Assembly: GCA_963704165.1 (NCBI GenBank)
Contig: CAVPHD010000001.1
Span: 160,001-224,000 of the forward strand
Reading direction: 5' to 3'
DNA from: an uncultured delta proteobacterium
GTDB lineage: Bacteria; Myxococcota_A; UBA9160; SZUA-336
DNA: 64,000 nucleotides
The notes under the pieces were generated by a model. It did not search any database. It was not told the origin of the DNA and saw nothing but the letters and a program-made list of their open reading frames with translations. Shown piece after piece: positions 39,230-48,786 of this stretch (its first letter is position 1; each line of letters opens with the position of its first letter). Made by a program: the position numbers and the translations under genes.

Positions 39230-40695
39230 CGGATCTCCGAGGCGACGCGCAGCGCGTTCGCCATGATCGTGACCTGCGGATTCACTCCCGTGTTGGTCGG
39301 AAGCGCCGATGCATCGCTCACCCAGATCCCCTTCACACCGCGCACGCGCCCGGCAGCGTCGCAGGTGCTCGTTCGCGGATCGCCGCCCATCACTGCGCCG
39401 CCGAACAAGTGGACGGCGTAGATCAGCGACGTGTCTCGCGTGGTGAGCGAGCGGGACTCGAGCAACGCCAGGTCGCTCTCGCGCGTGACGGGTGCGAGAT
39501 CGTTGACGGGCAGAAAGACCCGCTCGGCGCCGGATGCGAGGTAGGCGCGCGCGAGTGCGAGCATGCCCGTACGCGCTCGGTCGAGATCGCCGCGCGTGAA
39601 CACGTACGAGATCTTCGGCGGGTCTTCACCGTCGAGCTCGAGCGTTCCGCGGCTCTGATCGCGAAGTACGACGACCGCGCGCGCCAGGTGCGGGAGCGAC
39701 TCCATCGGCTCGGCGAGCGTCGATCCGAATCCGGGCAGTCCGCTCGCGGTCGTGAGCGGCATCGCTCCGACGTTCTCGAGCATCAGCCCCGGACCGCGAA
39801 ACCCGTTCACGTCCGAGAACTCGCTGACCGCGTACGACATCGTCGGTCCGTAATACGCGTGGACCGGTTCGGCGAAGCGCGCCGTGACGTACACGCTCGA
39901 GTGGAACTGAAGCCCCGCGCCCGCGTTCTCGCCGAGCGCGCTCTTCTGCAGGAGCGCGGGCGTAGCGAGCACGCCCGCGGCGAGGATCACGCGAGGCGTC
40001 TCGACCCGCAGCGCGCCGATCGTCTCGCGGGTCGTCGGATCGAGCAACGTCGCCTGGACGGCGCGGACTTGTCCCGCCGCCGCCTCGATTCGCGTGACGA
40101 GCGCGTTCGCGATCACGCGGGCACCCGCCCGCTCCGCGCGCGGAATCCAGGTCACCAGCGAGGATTGCTTCGCACCGGTCGGACATCCGAGGTTGCAGAG
40201 ACCGAGATTCGCGCAGCCCCGCACGTTGCGCGCCATCGCTCGTCCCGCCCAGCCCAGCCGCTCGGCGCCACGCTCGAGCGCGCGGGCATTCTTGTTCGTG
40301 TGCGCGAGATCGGTCGGCTCGGCGCCGATCTCCGTGAGCACCGCGTCGACGAAGCCCGAATACGTCCCATCGTCGATCGACGCGAGACCGTGCTCCCGAC
40401 GCCACTGGTCGAGCACCTCCGTCGGAGTCGGCCAGCACAGCGCATCGTTCACGACGGTCGAGCCACCGACGCAGGCGCCTGCGTAGATCTCGTGCCCGCT
40501 GTCGCCCGCGCGGGTGGCCTTCAGCAGCCGGCCGATCATCTCGGACTCGTCGCCGCTGAAGTCCCGCGTCTCGTAGCGCGGTCCGGCTTCGAGCACGATC
40601 ACGTCCAGCCCGGCCTCGGCCAGGGAGGCGGCCGCGGGCCCGCCGCCCGCTCCGCTCCCGATCACGACCGCGTCCGCACGCAGCTTCGAATCCAC
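39226..40695 (-). CDS. GMC-family flavin oxidoreductase
   Basis: VIGSGAGG, LEAG, CVGGSTVVN, CANLGLCNLGCP..AKQS, HLFGGAVMG, DASALPT..GVNPQVTIMA. Confidence 0.92.
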   Translation of the reverse strand: MDSKLRADAVVIGSGAGGGPAAASLAEAGLDVIVLEAGPRYETRDFSGDESEMIGRLLKATRAGDSGHEIYAGACVGGSTVVNDALCWPTPTEVLDQWRREHGLASIDDGTYSGFVDAVLTEIGAEPTDLAHTNKNARALERGAERLGWAGRAMARNVRGCANLGLCNLGCPTGAKQSSLVTWIPRAERAGARVIANALVTRIEAAAGQVRAVQATLLDPTTRETIGALRVETPRVILAAGVLATPALLQKSALGENAGAGLQFHSSVYVTARFAEPVHAYYGPTMSYAVSEFSDVNGFRGPGLMLENVGAMPLTTASGLPGFGSTLAEPMESLPHLARAVVVLRDQSRGTLELDGEDPPKISYVFTRGDLDRARTGMLALARAYLASGAERVFLPVNDLAPVTRESDLALLESRSLTTRDTSLIYAVHLFGGAVMGGDPRTSTCDAAGRVRGVKGIWVSDASALPTNTGVNPQVTIMANALRVASEIR

Positions 40696-40748
40696 GCGCC
40701 CATCTTATCCGCAACGAGTGAGCGAACGGGCTCTGCTAAGCTCGCGGC

Positions 40749-41291
40749 GTGCGATTCGAGCCGACGGCCCTGCCCGACGTGATCCTGATCGAGCCACGCG
40801 TTCACCGGGATCCGCGCGGCTTCTTTCTCGAGAGCTACCACGCACCGCGCTTCGCCGAAGGCGGGATCGACGCGCTCTTCGTGCAGGACAATCACTCGCT
40901 CTCCACGCAGGGAACCCTCCGCGGTCTGCACATGCAGCGCCGATTCGGGCAGGGGAAGCTGATCCGCTGCACCCAAGGAGAGATCTTCGACGTCGCGGTG
41001 GACGCGCGGCCCGGCTCGAAGACGTTCGGGCATTGGGTGGGCGAAACCCTTTCCGCCGAGAACTTCCGCCAGCTCTGGGTTCCACCGGGATTTCTGCACG
41101 GCTTCTGCGTGGTCTCTGCGACGGCGCAGGTCGAGTACAAGTGCACGGAGGTCTATCACCCCGAGGACGAGCTCGGCGTGATCTGGAACGACCCCGCGAT
41201 CGGCATCGCCTGGCCGATCGCCGCACCGCTGCTCTCCGCGAAGGACTCCGCGCTGCCTCGGCTGCGCGAGATCGAGTCGCGGCTGCGCTAG
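40749..41291 (+). CDS. rfbC: dTDP-4-dehydrorhamnose 3,5-epimerase
   Basis: [57 protein letters not shown]. Confidence 0.95.
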   Translation: MRFEPTALPDVILIEPRVHRDPRGFFLESYHAPRFAEGGIDALFVQDNHSLSTQGTLRGLHMQRRFGQGKLIRCTQGEIFDVAVDARPGSKTFGHWVGETLSAENFRQLWVPPGFLHGFCVVSATAQVEYKCTEVYHPEDELGVIWNDPAIGIAWPIAAPLLSAKDSALPRLREIESRLR

Positions 41292-41324
41292 CCGAGAACC
41301 ACGTAGCCGGGGCATGCTAGTCGC

Positions 41325-42305
41325 GTGCTCCGGGAGCTCTCGCTCACGACGATCCGCGAAGCGCGGCGCCGGATTCTGCCCTATGTGCTTCGCACGCCCG
41401 TCCTGCACCATCGGCTCCACTCGCAATGCGAGCTCCTGCTGAAACCCGAGTCACTTCAGAGCACGGGCGCCTTCAAGATCCGAGGCGCGTTCAACCTGAT
41501 GCTGACGCTTCCGAAGAGCTGCCCGGGCGTGGTCGCGCACTCGTCCGGGAATCACGCCCAGGCGGTCGCCCGCGCCGCGCGCATGCTGAAGTTGCGCTCG
41601 GTGATCGTGATGCCGGACGACGCGCCCGAGCCGAAGCGTGCGCGCACGGCGGCCGACGGCGCCGAGATCGTCCTGGTCGGCCCCGACAGCGACGAGCGTG
41701 CGCGAAGAGCCGAAGAGATCGCGCGCGCCGAGGGTCTGGTGCCGGTTCCGCCGTACGACCACCCCCTCGTCGCCGCTGGACAGGGCACGGCGGCACTCGA
41801 GCTGATCGAGGATGCCGACGTGCTCGACCGTTTCTACGCGCCGGTGAGCGGCGGTGGACTGATGGCCGGCTGCGCGGTCGCGATCCACGCGCTCTCGCCC
41901 GAGACCGAGATCGTCGCCGTCGAGCCCGAGGACGGGAACGATACCCAGCTCTCTCTCGCCGCGGGCGAACGCTGCAAGGCTCAGCCTCCACGCACGATTG
42001 CCGACGGCCTGCGCGTTCGCACGCCCGGAGAGCAGACCTGGCCCGTGCTGCAGCGTCACGTCGCGCGCGTCGAGCTCGTGAGCGACGAGGAGCTGCTCGA
42101 TGCGATGGCCTTCGCGTTGCGTGAGCTGCGGCTGGTGCTCGAGCCTTCCGGCGCGGCCTCGCTCGCGGTCGCACTACGCGAGGGCCGGGGCCGCTCGGGC
42201 GTGCTGCTCTCGGGCGGGAACGCGGATCCGGCGCATCTCGAAGCGGCCGCGAAGCGGGCCGCGATCGCGACGATTCGCAGCCCTGTGAAATCATCCCGAG
42301 CGTGA
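41325..42305 (+). CDS. PLP-dependent threonine/serine dehydratase family protein
   Basis: LKPESLQSTGAFKIRGA, SSGNHAQ, GQGT, SGGGL, TIADGL, EPSGA, LSGGN. Confidence 0.92.
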   Translation: MLRELSLTTIREARRRILPYVLRTPVLHHRLHSQCELLLKPESLQSTGAFKIRGAFNLMLTLPKSCPGVVAHSSGNHAQAVARAARMLKLRSVIVMPDDAPEPKRARTAADGAEIVLVGPDSDERARRAEEIARAEGLVPVPPYDHPLVAAGQGTAALELIEDADVLDRFYAPVSGGGLMAGCAVAIHALSPETEIVAVEPEDGNDTQLSLAAGERCKAQPPRTIADGLRVRTPGEQTWPVLQRHVARVELVSDEELLDAMAFALRELRLVLEPSGAASLAVALREGRGRSGVLLSGGNADPAHLEAAAKRAAIATIRSPVKSSRA

Positions 42306-42795
42306 AGTCCGCTCGCTCGCAGCCCGGAGTCCTCGCCACCCCAGCCGCGATGGCACGCTCGTTCACGTTCCGGATCGTGCCCGACACCGATCTGCGTTTC
42401 GCGATCCGCTCCCTTCGAGATCGCTTCTAGATCGGTTGGGGCGTGGCGGGAATCGGCGAGCCGATGGTGCACGGGCTCGGCGTGGAGGTTCCCGGGCTGC
42501 GCGTCATTCCCGCGCTCGCGGGCCCGGGCGTGAGCGTGCCCTCGACGCAATGCGCGTGGACGACGCGGCCGTCGAGGCGGCGAACGTGAAGGATGCTTCG
42601 GGCCTCGAAGGCTCGAGCTTCGTCGCGGTGCAGCGCTGGGTCCACGATCTGGGGCGATTCCGCTCGCACCCACAGGCGCGTCACGACGCGATCATCGACG
42701 CCCTGTTCTCGTTCTCGCGACCGATCCGCGGCGGCTACTACTGGTGTCCGCCGATCGCGGACGGCCGCCTCGATCCGTCCCGGCTCTTGCGCTGA
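42302..42795 (+). pseudogene. Dyp-type peroxidase remnant (internal stop and two deletions)
   Basis: QPGVLA...(TAG at 42428)...GIGEPMVHGLG..VPGLR..PALAGPGVSVPSTQ. Then GSSFVAVQRWVHDL. Then DALFSFSRPIRGGYYWCPP. The GxxDG motif and heme-ligand region are absent. Confidence 0.8.
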
Positions 42796-42826
42796 GCGCG
42801 GTCCGGGGCGCGCTCGACGTTTCGGC

Positions 42827-44413
42827 TCACGCTTCGACGACGAGAACGGCGCCCTCGCTCGGCGCGAGCTCGAGCTTCGCCGCGTCGCCGGGGAGTGACT
42901 CGCCGTGACGCGTCGGCAGCCCGCCGAGCACGCGCGCGGGCGGAAGTCCGGCGGCGCACGGCTCCGCGCCGAAGTTCAGCGCGACGATCACACGCGAGTC
43001 GCCGTGGCGGCGCTCGTAGGCGAGAACGCCGTCGGGGGCGTCGAGCGCACGCCAGCTTCCGCGCTCGAGCGCCGGTGTCGTGCGCCGGAGCTCGAGCAGA
43101 TCCCGGTACAGCCAGAGCAGCGACGTGCGATCTTCACGCTGCGCGTCGACGTTCCGCATCACGACGTCGCGCCCGATCGGAAGCCACGGAGCACCGGTCG
43201 TGAAGCCCGCCCCCGGTTCGGCGCTCCAGTGCATCGGCGTGCGCTCCGGATCCCGCGACAAGCTCGGGTGCAGCGTCACCGCGAGGGGATCGCGCATGCG
43301 TTCCGACGGAACTTCGACATTGCGCATGCCGATCTCCTCGCCGTAATAGAGAAAGGGCGTGCCGCGCAACGTGAGCAGGAGAATCGCTGCGACACGCGCA
43401 CGTGCATCGCCGAGCACCGGATCGTCGTAGCGCGTGGCGTGGCGTGGCACATCGTGATTGGAGAGCACGACGTCGGGCCAGCCCTCGACCGGAACCAGCG
43501 CGTCGAAGGCCGCGATCTCGCGCGCGAAGTCCGCGGCGCTCCAAGGCGAGCGCAGGAACGAGAAGTTGAACGCGAGATGCAGCTCGTCGCCGCGACCGTA
43601 GTAACCCGCGACCTGCGACGGATCCATGATGTAGACCTCGCCGACCGTCATGCGCTCGTCGTACTCGTCGAGCACCGCGCGAATGCCGCGCAGGAACGCG
43701 TGGACGTCGGCGTGGTTCTCGTCGTAGACGTGCAGCTGGCCACCGTAGCCCGGTCCCAGCGTCGCACTCGGGGGGTTGTCGCGAAGGAGCGGATCCTTCG
43801 CGATGCGGTGGATCACGTCGATGCGGAATCCGTCCACGCCACGATCGAGCCAGAAACGCAGCGTCCCGTGCATGGCCGCGACGACCTCTGGATTTCGCCA
43901 GTTCAGATCCGGCTGCTCGACGAGGAACGAGTGCAGATAGTACTGGCCGGTCTTCGGATCGAGCTGCCAGGCGGGTCCGCCGAAGATGCTCACCCACGAG
44001 TTCGGCGGTCCGCCGTCGGTCGCCGGGTCCCGCCAGACGTACCAGTCGCGCTTGGCACTGGTTCGACTCGCACGGGACTCGAGGAACCACGCATGCTGCT
44101 CCGAGGTGTGATTCGGGACCCAGTCGAGAATCACGCGGATGCCGTGCGCGTGGGCGTCGGCGAGCAGCCGGTCGAAGTCGGCAAGCGTGCCGAACTCCGG
44201 GTCGATCTCGCAGTAGTCCGAGACGTCGTAACCGAAATCCGCCATCGGCGAGGGGAAGATCGGCGAGAGCCAGATCGCATCGACGCCGAGCCATGCGAGA
44301 TGCCCGAGCCGGGTGCGGATGCCCTCCAGATCTCCCACGCCGTCGCCGTTCGAATCCATGAACGAGCGGGGGTAGATCTGGTAGACGACGCCGTGTTTCC
44401 ACCAGAGACGCAA
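42827..44413 (-). CDS. GH13 alpha-glucosidase/alpha-amylase family hydrolase
   Basis: WWKHGVVYQIYPRSF.DSNGDG.GDL, DWVPNHTS, QPDLNW, GFRID, VGE, NHD, YYGEEIGM. Confidence 0.93.
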   Translation of the reverse strand: MRLWWKHGVVYQIYPRSFMDSNGDGVGDLEGIRTRLGHLAWLGVDAIWLSPIFPSPMADFGYDVSDYCEIDPEFGTLADFDRLLADAHAHGIRVILDWVPNHTSEQHAWFLESRASRTSAKRDWYVWRDPATDGGPPNSWVSIFGGPAWQLDPKTGQYYLHSFLVEQPDLNWRNPEVVAAMHGTLRFWLDRGVDGFRIDVIHRIAKDPLLRDNPPSATLGPGYGGQLHVYDENHADVHAFLRGIRAVLDEYDERMTVGEVYIMDPSQVAGYYGRGDELHLAFNFSFLRSPWSAADFAREIAAFDALVPVEGWPDVVLSNHDVPRHATRYDDPVLGDARARVAAILLLTLRGTPFLYYGEEIGMRNVEVPSERMRDPLAVTLHPSLSRDPERTPMHWSAEPGAGFTTGAPWLPIGRDVVMRNVDAQREDRTSLLWLYRDLLELRRTTPALERGSWRALDAPDGVLAYERRHGDSRVIVALNFGAEPCAAGLPPARVLGGLPTRHGESLPGDAAKLELAPSEGAVLVVEA

Positions 44414-44439
44414 CGCGAGTGTCTCGAACCGAGCTGTGT

Positions 44440-44847
44440 CTAGCGCGTGATCACGTCGCGGATGCGGCTCGCGAAGGTGACCGCTGCCGAGCGCGCCTCG
44501 GCGATCAGGACTTCGGCCGAGCGCTTCAGGTCGTCCCACGAGGTCTCCGCCGCGGCGGACGCCTTTCGCAGGGAGCCGGCGATGTCGCGGCCCTTCGCGT
44601 TGATCGCGTCGAGCTGTTCACGCCCCTCCTTTCGCAGCGCGGCAATCCGCCTGCGCGCGTCGGCCTCGATCTCCCGCTCCGCGCTCTTCATCCCCTTCTG
44701 GAGCTCCGAGATCGTCTTGCCGAGGGTCTTGAGGCCCTGCTGGATCTCGAAGTGGGCGGCACGCTCCTCGAGCGACTTTGGCGCGGGGGGCTTCTTGGCG
44801 GGTCGAGCCGATTTCTTGCGGGCGGTTGCCTTCTTCTTCGCGGCCAT
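44440..44847 (-). CDS. Hypothetical protein: Lys/Ala-rich histone-like N-terminus plus coiled coil
   Basis: MAAKKKATARKKSARPAKKPPAPK leader and AAGGAG RBS. Remainder is an amphipathic helix. Confidence 0.7.
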   Translation of the reverse strand: MAAKKKATARKKSARPAKKPPAPKSLEERAAHFEIQQGLKTLGKTISELQKGMKSAEREIEADARRRIAALRKEGREQLDAINAKGRDIAGSLRKASAAAETSWDDLKRSAEVLIAEARSAAVTFASRIRDVITR

Positions 44848-45108
44848 GGAAGTCTCCTTGCGGTCAGGTTCCGGACTCACCGTATAACTCGGCGAGGCTC
44901 CACGCCGCTACGGTCATTTTCGTCCGAGCCTCCAATAACTCGATCTTCTCGGGGTCCGCGCCGAAGCGGGTCGTCGCAATCGAGTGTCGGGGACGGCTCG
45001 GTGGGTCCACGGGTGCCGGGATCTCCCACCGCTCCCGACCTCCGCCGCCTCCCGACGGGCGAGAAGGGACGGCGGGGGCCGGCTGTCGGGAACGGGAAGT
45101 ACGACGCC

Positions 45109-45972
45109 TCAGAGCTGGCCGATGCGGATCGAGCCGCCCGAGCTGCGTACGACGAGCCTCGGCCCGCCGTCACCGAGCGACCCGACGACATGGTGCTTCG
45201 AGCGCTCCCGCCGGTCATCGAGGTCGAACTCGAACTCGATCTCACCACCGTTCGATTTGGCGTCGATCTCGAAGTTCGCCTCCTCGCGCACGAGGATCTC
45301 GATCGAGCCGCCCGTGGACTTGACCTCGCCCTCAGGGTCGCCGAGGAACACGATCGACACCGATCCCCCGCTCGAGCGAAGATCCACGCTGCCATCGACA
45401 CCGTCGATGTGGAGCTCGCCGCCCGAGGTGCGAGCCGCGATGTCGCCGAAGACGTCTCTCAGTGCGACGTTTCCGCCCGAGTTCTTCGCGCGGACGTCCC
45501 CATCGACGTGCACGATCTCCAGATTTCCACCCGAGCCCGCGAGGTCGATCGGCCCGACCGTGCGCGTCACGCTCGCGTCACCACCGCTCGTCTTCAGGGC
45601 GATCTCGCCGGTGATGCCGTCGACGCGCACGTCGCCGCCGCTCGACCTCAGCTCCAGCGAGTACTGCCTCGGCACCCAGAGCCGCGCTCGAACGTCGAGT
45701 GCGCTGAACAGGCCGGTCAGCCAGCCGTCGACACGGATCTCGAAGTGCACGTCGTTCCCCGATCGATCGAGCAGGAACCGGACCTGCTCGGCACGCCGGC
45801 CGCGCGCCTCGGCCTCGACCCGCACCTCGTCCGAATCGTGCGAGCGTACATCCACCGTCGCGCGTGACGTGCGCACGAAGAGCGTGCCTTCCGGCTCCAC
45901 CGGAAGCGATTCCTCGAGCCAGGCGCTGCCTTCGATCGAGTCCGTCACGGCGCTTTCCCTGCCTTGCATCAT
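45109..45972 (-). CDS. DUF4097 beta-strand-repeat protein
   Basis: Many repeated (S/T)SGG.(V/I/L) units (RSSGGDV, KTSGGDA, KNSGGNV, RTSGGEL, KSTGGSI). Confidence 0.85.
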   Translation of the reverse strand: MMQGRESAVTDSIEGSAWLEESLPVEPEGTLFVRTSRATVDVRSHDSDEVRVEAEARGRRAEQVRFLLDRSGNDVHFEIRVDGWLTGLFSALDVRARLWVPRQYSLELRSSGGDVRVDGITGEIALKTSGGDASVTRTVGPIDLAGSGGNLEIVHVDGDVRAKNSGGNVALRDVFGDIAARTSGGELHIDGVDGSVDLRSSGGSVSIVFLGDPEGEVKSTGGSIEILVREEANFEIDAKSNGGEIEFEFDLDDRRERSKHHVVGSLGDGGPRLVVRSSGGSIRIGQL

Positions 45973-46080
45973 CACGCCTCTCGCAAAGCAAGGGGAGTGC
46001 CGACGCGGCGGCGGCGCTGACCTGGCCTCGCACCCTCCGATCGCCACCGGCACCCTGCAGGTGTCGGCTCTCGTTTGCGC

Positions 46081-46926
46081 CTACGGCAGACCGGCGCCCG
46101 CGACGTCCACCTGCAGGTACTCGATCCGGCCGCTGCGGCTTGCGACGCACGCCTCCGGGTCGGAGTCCGAGGCGGTGCAGATGAACAGCGTCTTGCGGTC
46201 GGGGCCGCCGAGCATGCAGGCGAAGGCCTGATTCGAGACCTTCACGGTTTCGGTGATTCGACCCCCCTCGTGCACGCGAACGCAGTCGGCGCTGATCGGC
46301 GACGCGACCCAGATCGCGCCCTCCGCATCGAGGCAGATGCCGTCCGGCACGCGGCGCTCGAGCTGCGCGAACACGCGCCGGTTCGAGAGCGAGCCGTCGG
46401 GCGAGATGTCGAACGCCGTCAGTCGAGCGGCCATCGATTCCGCGACGACCAGCGTGCGTCCGTCGGGTGTGATCACGCAGCCGTTCGGGAACGCGAGATC
46501 GCGTGCCGCAGCGCGCGTCTCTCCGGTCGGGAGCACGAGCGCGAGCGTCGTCGTGCGCGGAGTCTCCCTTTTGTGCAGATCGAAACCGAAATTCCCGACG
46601 TAGGCGCGACCGTGAGCATCGACGACCATGTCGTTGCAGTGGAAGTCGGCGATGCCCGACAGATCCGCGACCGGCTGCAATCCACCGGGATCGAGGCGCA
46701 GAAGTCGTCGATCCTGCATCGAGACCACGAGCAGTCGCCCGTCCGGCAACCAGCCGAGTCCGGACGGACAGGCTTCGACCCGGACCACCGGCTCCACGCG
46801 CCCGTCGAGGCCGACCCGGAGGACCGACTTCGCGTGCATGTCCGAGAACCAGAGCCGGCCCTCGTGCCAACGCGGACCTTCGGGAAAGCACAAGCCGTCG
46901 AGCAGGATCTTCGTCTCGGAGGCCAT
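46081..46926 (-). CDS. SMP-30/gluconolactonase/LRE family protein
   Basis: FPEGPRW, NDMVVD..GRAY, FPNG, PDGICLDAEGAIWVA, LGGPDRKTLFI. Confidence 0.92.
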   Translation of the reverse strand: MASETKILLDGLCFPEGPRWHEGRLWFSDMHAKSVLRVGLDGRVEPVVRVEACPSGLGWLPDGRLLVVSMQDRRLLRLDPGGLQPVADLSGIADFHCNDMVVDAHGRAYVGNFGFDLHKRETPRTTTLALVLPTGETRAAARDLAFPNGCVITPDGRTLVVAESMAARLTAFDISPDGSLSNRRVFAQLERRVPDGICLDAEGAIWVASPISADCVRVHEGGRITETVKVSNQAFACMLGGPDRKTLFICTASDSDPEACVASRSGRIEYLQVDVAGAGLP

Positions 46927-46992
46927 CGGGTCGATCCTCTCTCCCGTACACGAGCGCCGTCAAATCCGCTCGGGTCGGGTACGCTGGTCGGC

Positions 46993-47970
46993 ATGACGAA
47001 CCCGCCTCGCTCGATCCGCTGGGAGACGCTGACCAAGAAGCAGTTCGATGCGATCGACCGCGAGAATGCGGTGGTCTTCGTGACCTGCTCGCCGATGGAG
47101 GTGCACGGACCGCACCTGCCGATCGGCGCCGACTGCCTGGAGGGCGAGGGCCTGGCCGAGCGCGCACTGCGCTTCCTGCCCGAGCGTCACCACTCACGCA
47201 CGTTCCTGCGGCTCCCGTTCGTGTGGGCCGCGTGCGACGGCGTCCCGCAGCCCGGCACGATCGCGTTCCGGCCGTCGACGACGATCGCGTTCCTCGAGGA
47301 CATGGGCCGCTCGCTCGCGCTGCAGGGGTTCCGCAACGTGATGGTCTCGAACTTCCACGGCAGTCCACGCCACTTCCTCGCGATCGAGACCGCGTGCGAG
47401 CGGATCTCACGAAGACACGGAATTCGCATGGCGTGCGTGTTCTCGCTGATGCTGTCGCGTCTGAACGGCGGCGGCGCGGAGCTCGGCGACGTGCTCGGCC
47501 ACATCCCGGGGCTCTCGAAGGCCGACCTCGCCGGCGACACGCACGGGGGAGCCGTCGAGACGTCACAGCTTCTCGCGCTCCACCCCGAGTGGGTCGATCC
47601 CGACTACAAGTCCCTGCCACGGCGGACCGTCGATCTCTGGCTCGAGGAGACAGGCCGCGAGAAGCCGCCCGACCTGCGCGGGAAGCCGGCGTCGGTTCCG
47701 CAGATGGTGAAGGGCTTCAAGGCGGGGATTCACTACTTCGTCGAGGAGACCTACGCGGGTGCGCCCGCCGTGGCTACGGCGCAGATCGGCGAACAGATCC
47801 TCGACACGCTCGCGAGCCGCACGGCGGAGGCGATCGCGGAGATCCTCGACGGGACGCTGCCGCCCGAGAAGTGGCACTCGCCGTTCTGGAAGCTGCGACA
47901 CATTTTTGTGAACCCGCTGGCCGTGCGGTTCTTCAACTGGGTGATGAAGGTGCCAAAGGGCGTCGGCTGA
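46993..47970 (+). CDS. Creatininase family protein
   Basis: PMEVHGPHLP.GAD, NFHG, HGGAVETS. Confidence 0.85.
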   Translation: MTNPPRSIRWETLTKKQFDAIDRENAVVFVTCSPMEVHGPHLPIGADCLEGEGLAERALRFLPERHHSRTFLRLPFVWAACDGVPQPGTIAFRPSTTIAFLEDMGRSLALQGFRNVMVSNFHGSPRHFLAIETACERISRRHGIRMACVFSLMLSRLNGGGAELGDVLGHIPGLSKADLAGDTHGGAVETSQLLALHPEWVDPDYKSLPRRTVDLWLEETGREKPPDLRGKPASVPQMVKGFKAGIHYFVEETYAGAPAVATAQIGEQILDTLASRTAEAIAEILDGTLPPEKWHSPFWKLRHIFVNPLAVRFFNWVMKVPKGVG

Positions 47971-48059
47971 CGGCGAGCCGAGTTCGTATGATCGCGGTCA
48001 TATCCCTGGATGGAGGGTATGGGGCAGCTTTGGAACGCTCTTCCGCAAGGAGACCCCCG

Positions 48060-48776
48060 ATGGCCTCACGCAACCGCTTTCGGCCGCTCGCGGCGTATCG
48101 AGCCATGCGTGTTCTGCGCGAGAACCCCGACGACACGATGCAGGCGATCGTCGTGATCGCGGCTCTCTCCGGCAACTCGGGACGCCGGCTCTTCAAGCGC
48201 TTCCGCCGCTCGCCCAACGCCGATCGGATCCTGCACGAGAAGCGCACCCTGTACGACCTGCTGGCCGACGTCGACGGACTGCGCGCGCTGCCGGATGGAT
48301 CGCTGGGAAAGACGATCGGCGATTGGTTCGCGCGAGAGAACATCAGCGCGCAGGGACTCGCACAGGCGAGCGAGGAGGCGAGCCGGCGGATCCAGGCGCC
48401 ACCCGCGGCCGGCGACGAGCAGGTGTTCTCGACCCGGCTGCTGAATCTTCACGATGTCTTTCACGTGGTCGCAGGCTACGACCGCGACCTGCGCGGCGAG
48501 TCCGCCGTACTCGCGCTCACGTTCGCACAGACGCGCAACCCCGGGATCGGGTACCTCTGCTTCGACGCCCTGCGCAGCGAGGGCTGGAACTCCGAGACGG
48601 GCCGCCTGATCCGGCAGGGCTATCGCCGTGGCCGGGACGCGAAGTGGCTCGTGGACCAGGATTGGGAGGCGCTCTTGCCGCGGCCGATCGACGCCGTGCG
48701 CGAAGAACTCGGGTTGGGGCCGCCGCCGGTGTATGAGCAGCTCCGCTCGGCCGGCGCGCCCGTACTCGCGGCTTGA
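48060..48776 (+). CDS. Coq4-family protein
   Basis: LRALPDGSLG, HDVFHVVAGYD....GE (HDxxH-x11-E), DWEALLPRPIDAVREELG. AAGGAG RBS. Confidence 0.85.
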   Translation: MASRNRFRPLAAYRAMRVLRENPDDTMQAIVVIAALSGNSGRRLFKRFRRSPNADRILHEKRTLYDLLADVDGLRALPDGSLGKTIGDWFARENISAQGLAQASEEASRRIQAPPAAGDEQVFSTRLLNLHDVFHVVAGYDRDLRGESAVLALTFAQTRNPGIGYLCFDALRSEGWNSETGRLIRQGYRRGRDAKWLVDQDWEALLPRPIDAVREELGLGPPPVYEQLRSAGAPVLAA

Positions 48777-48786
48777 AGCGATCGCG

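Noticed and set aside
45109..45972. Repetitive DNA in the DUF4097 gene (and similarly the YCF48 gene) as a possible array
   Set aside because: These are degenerate protein-level repeats inside coding sequence, not repeat-spacer structure.
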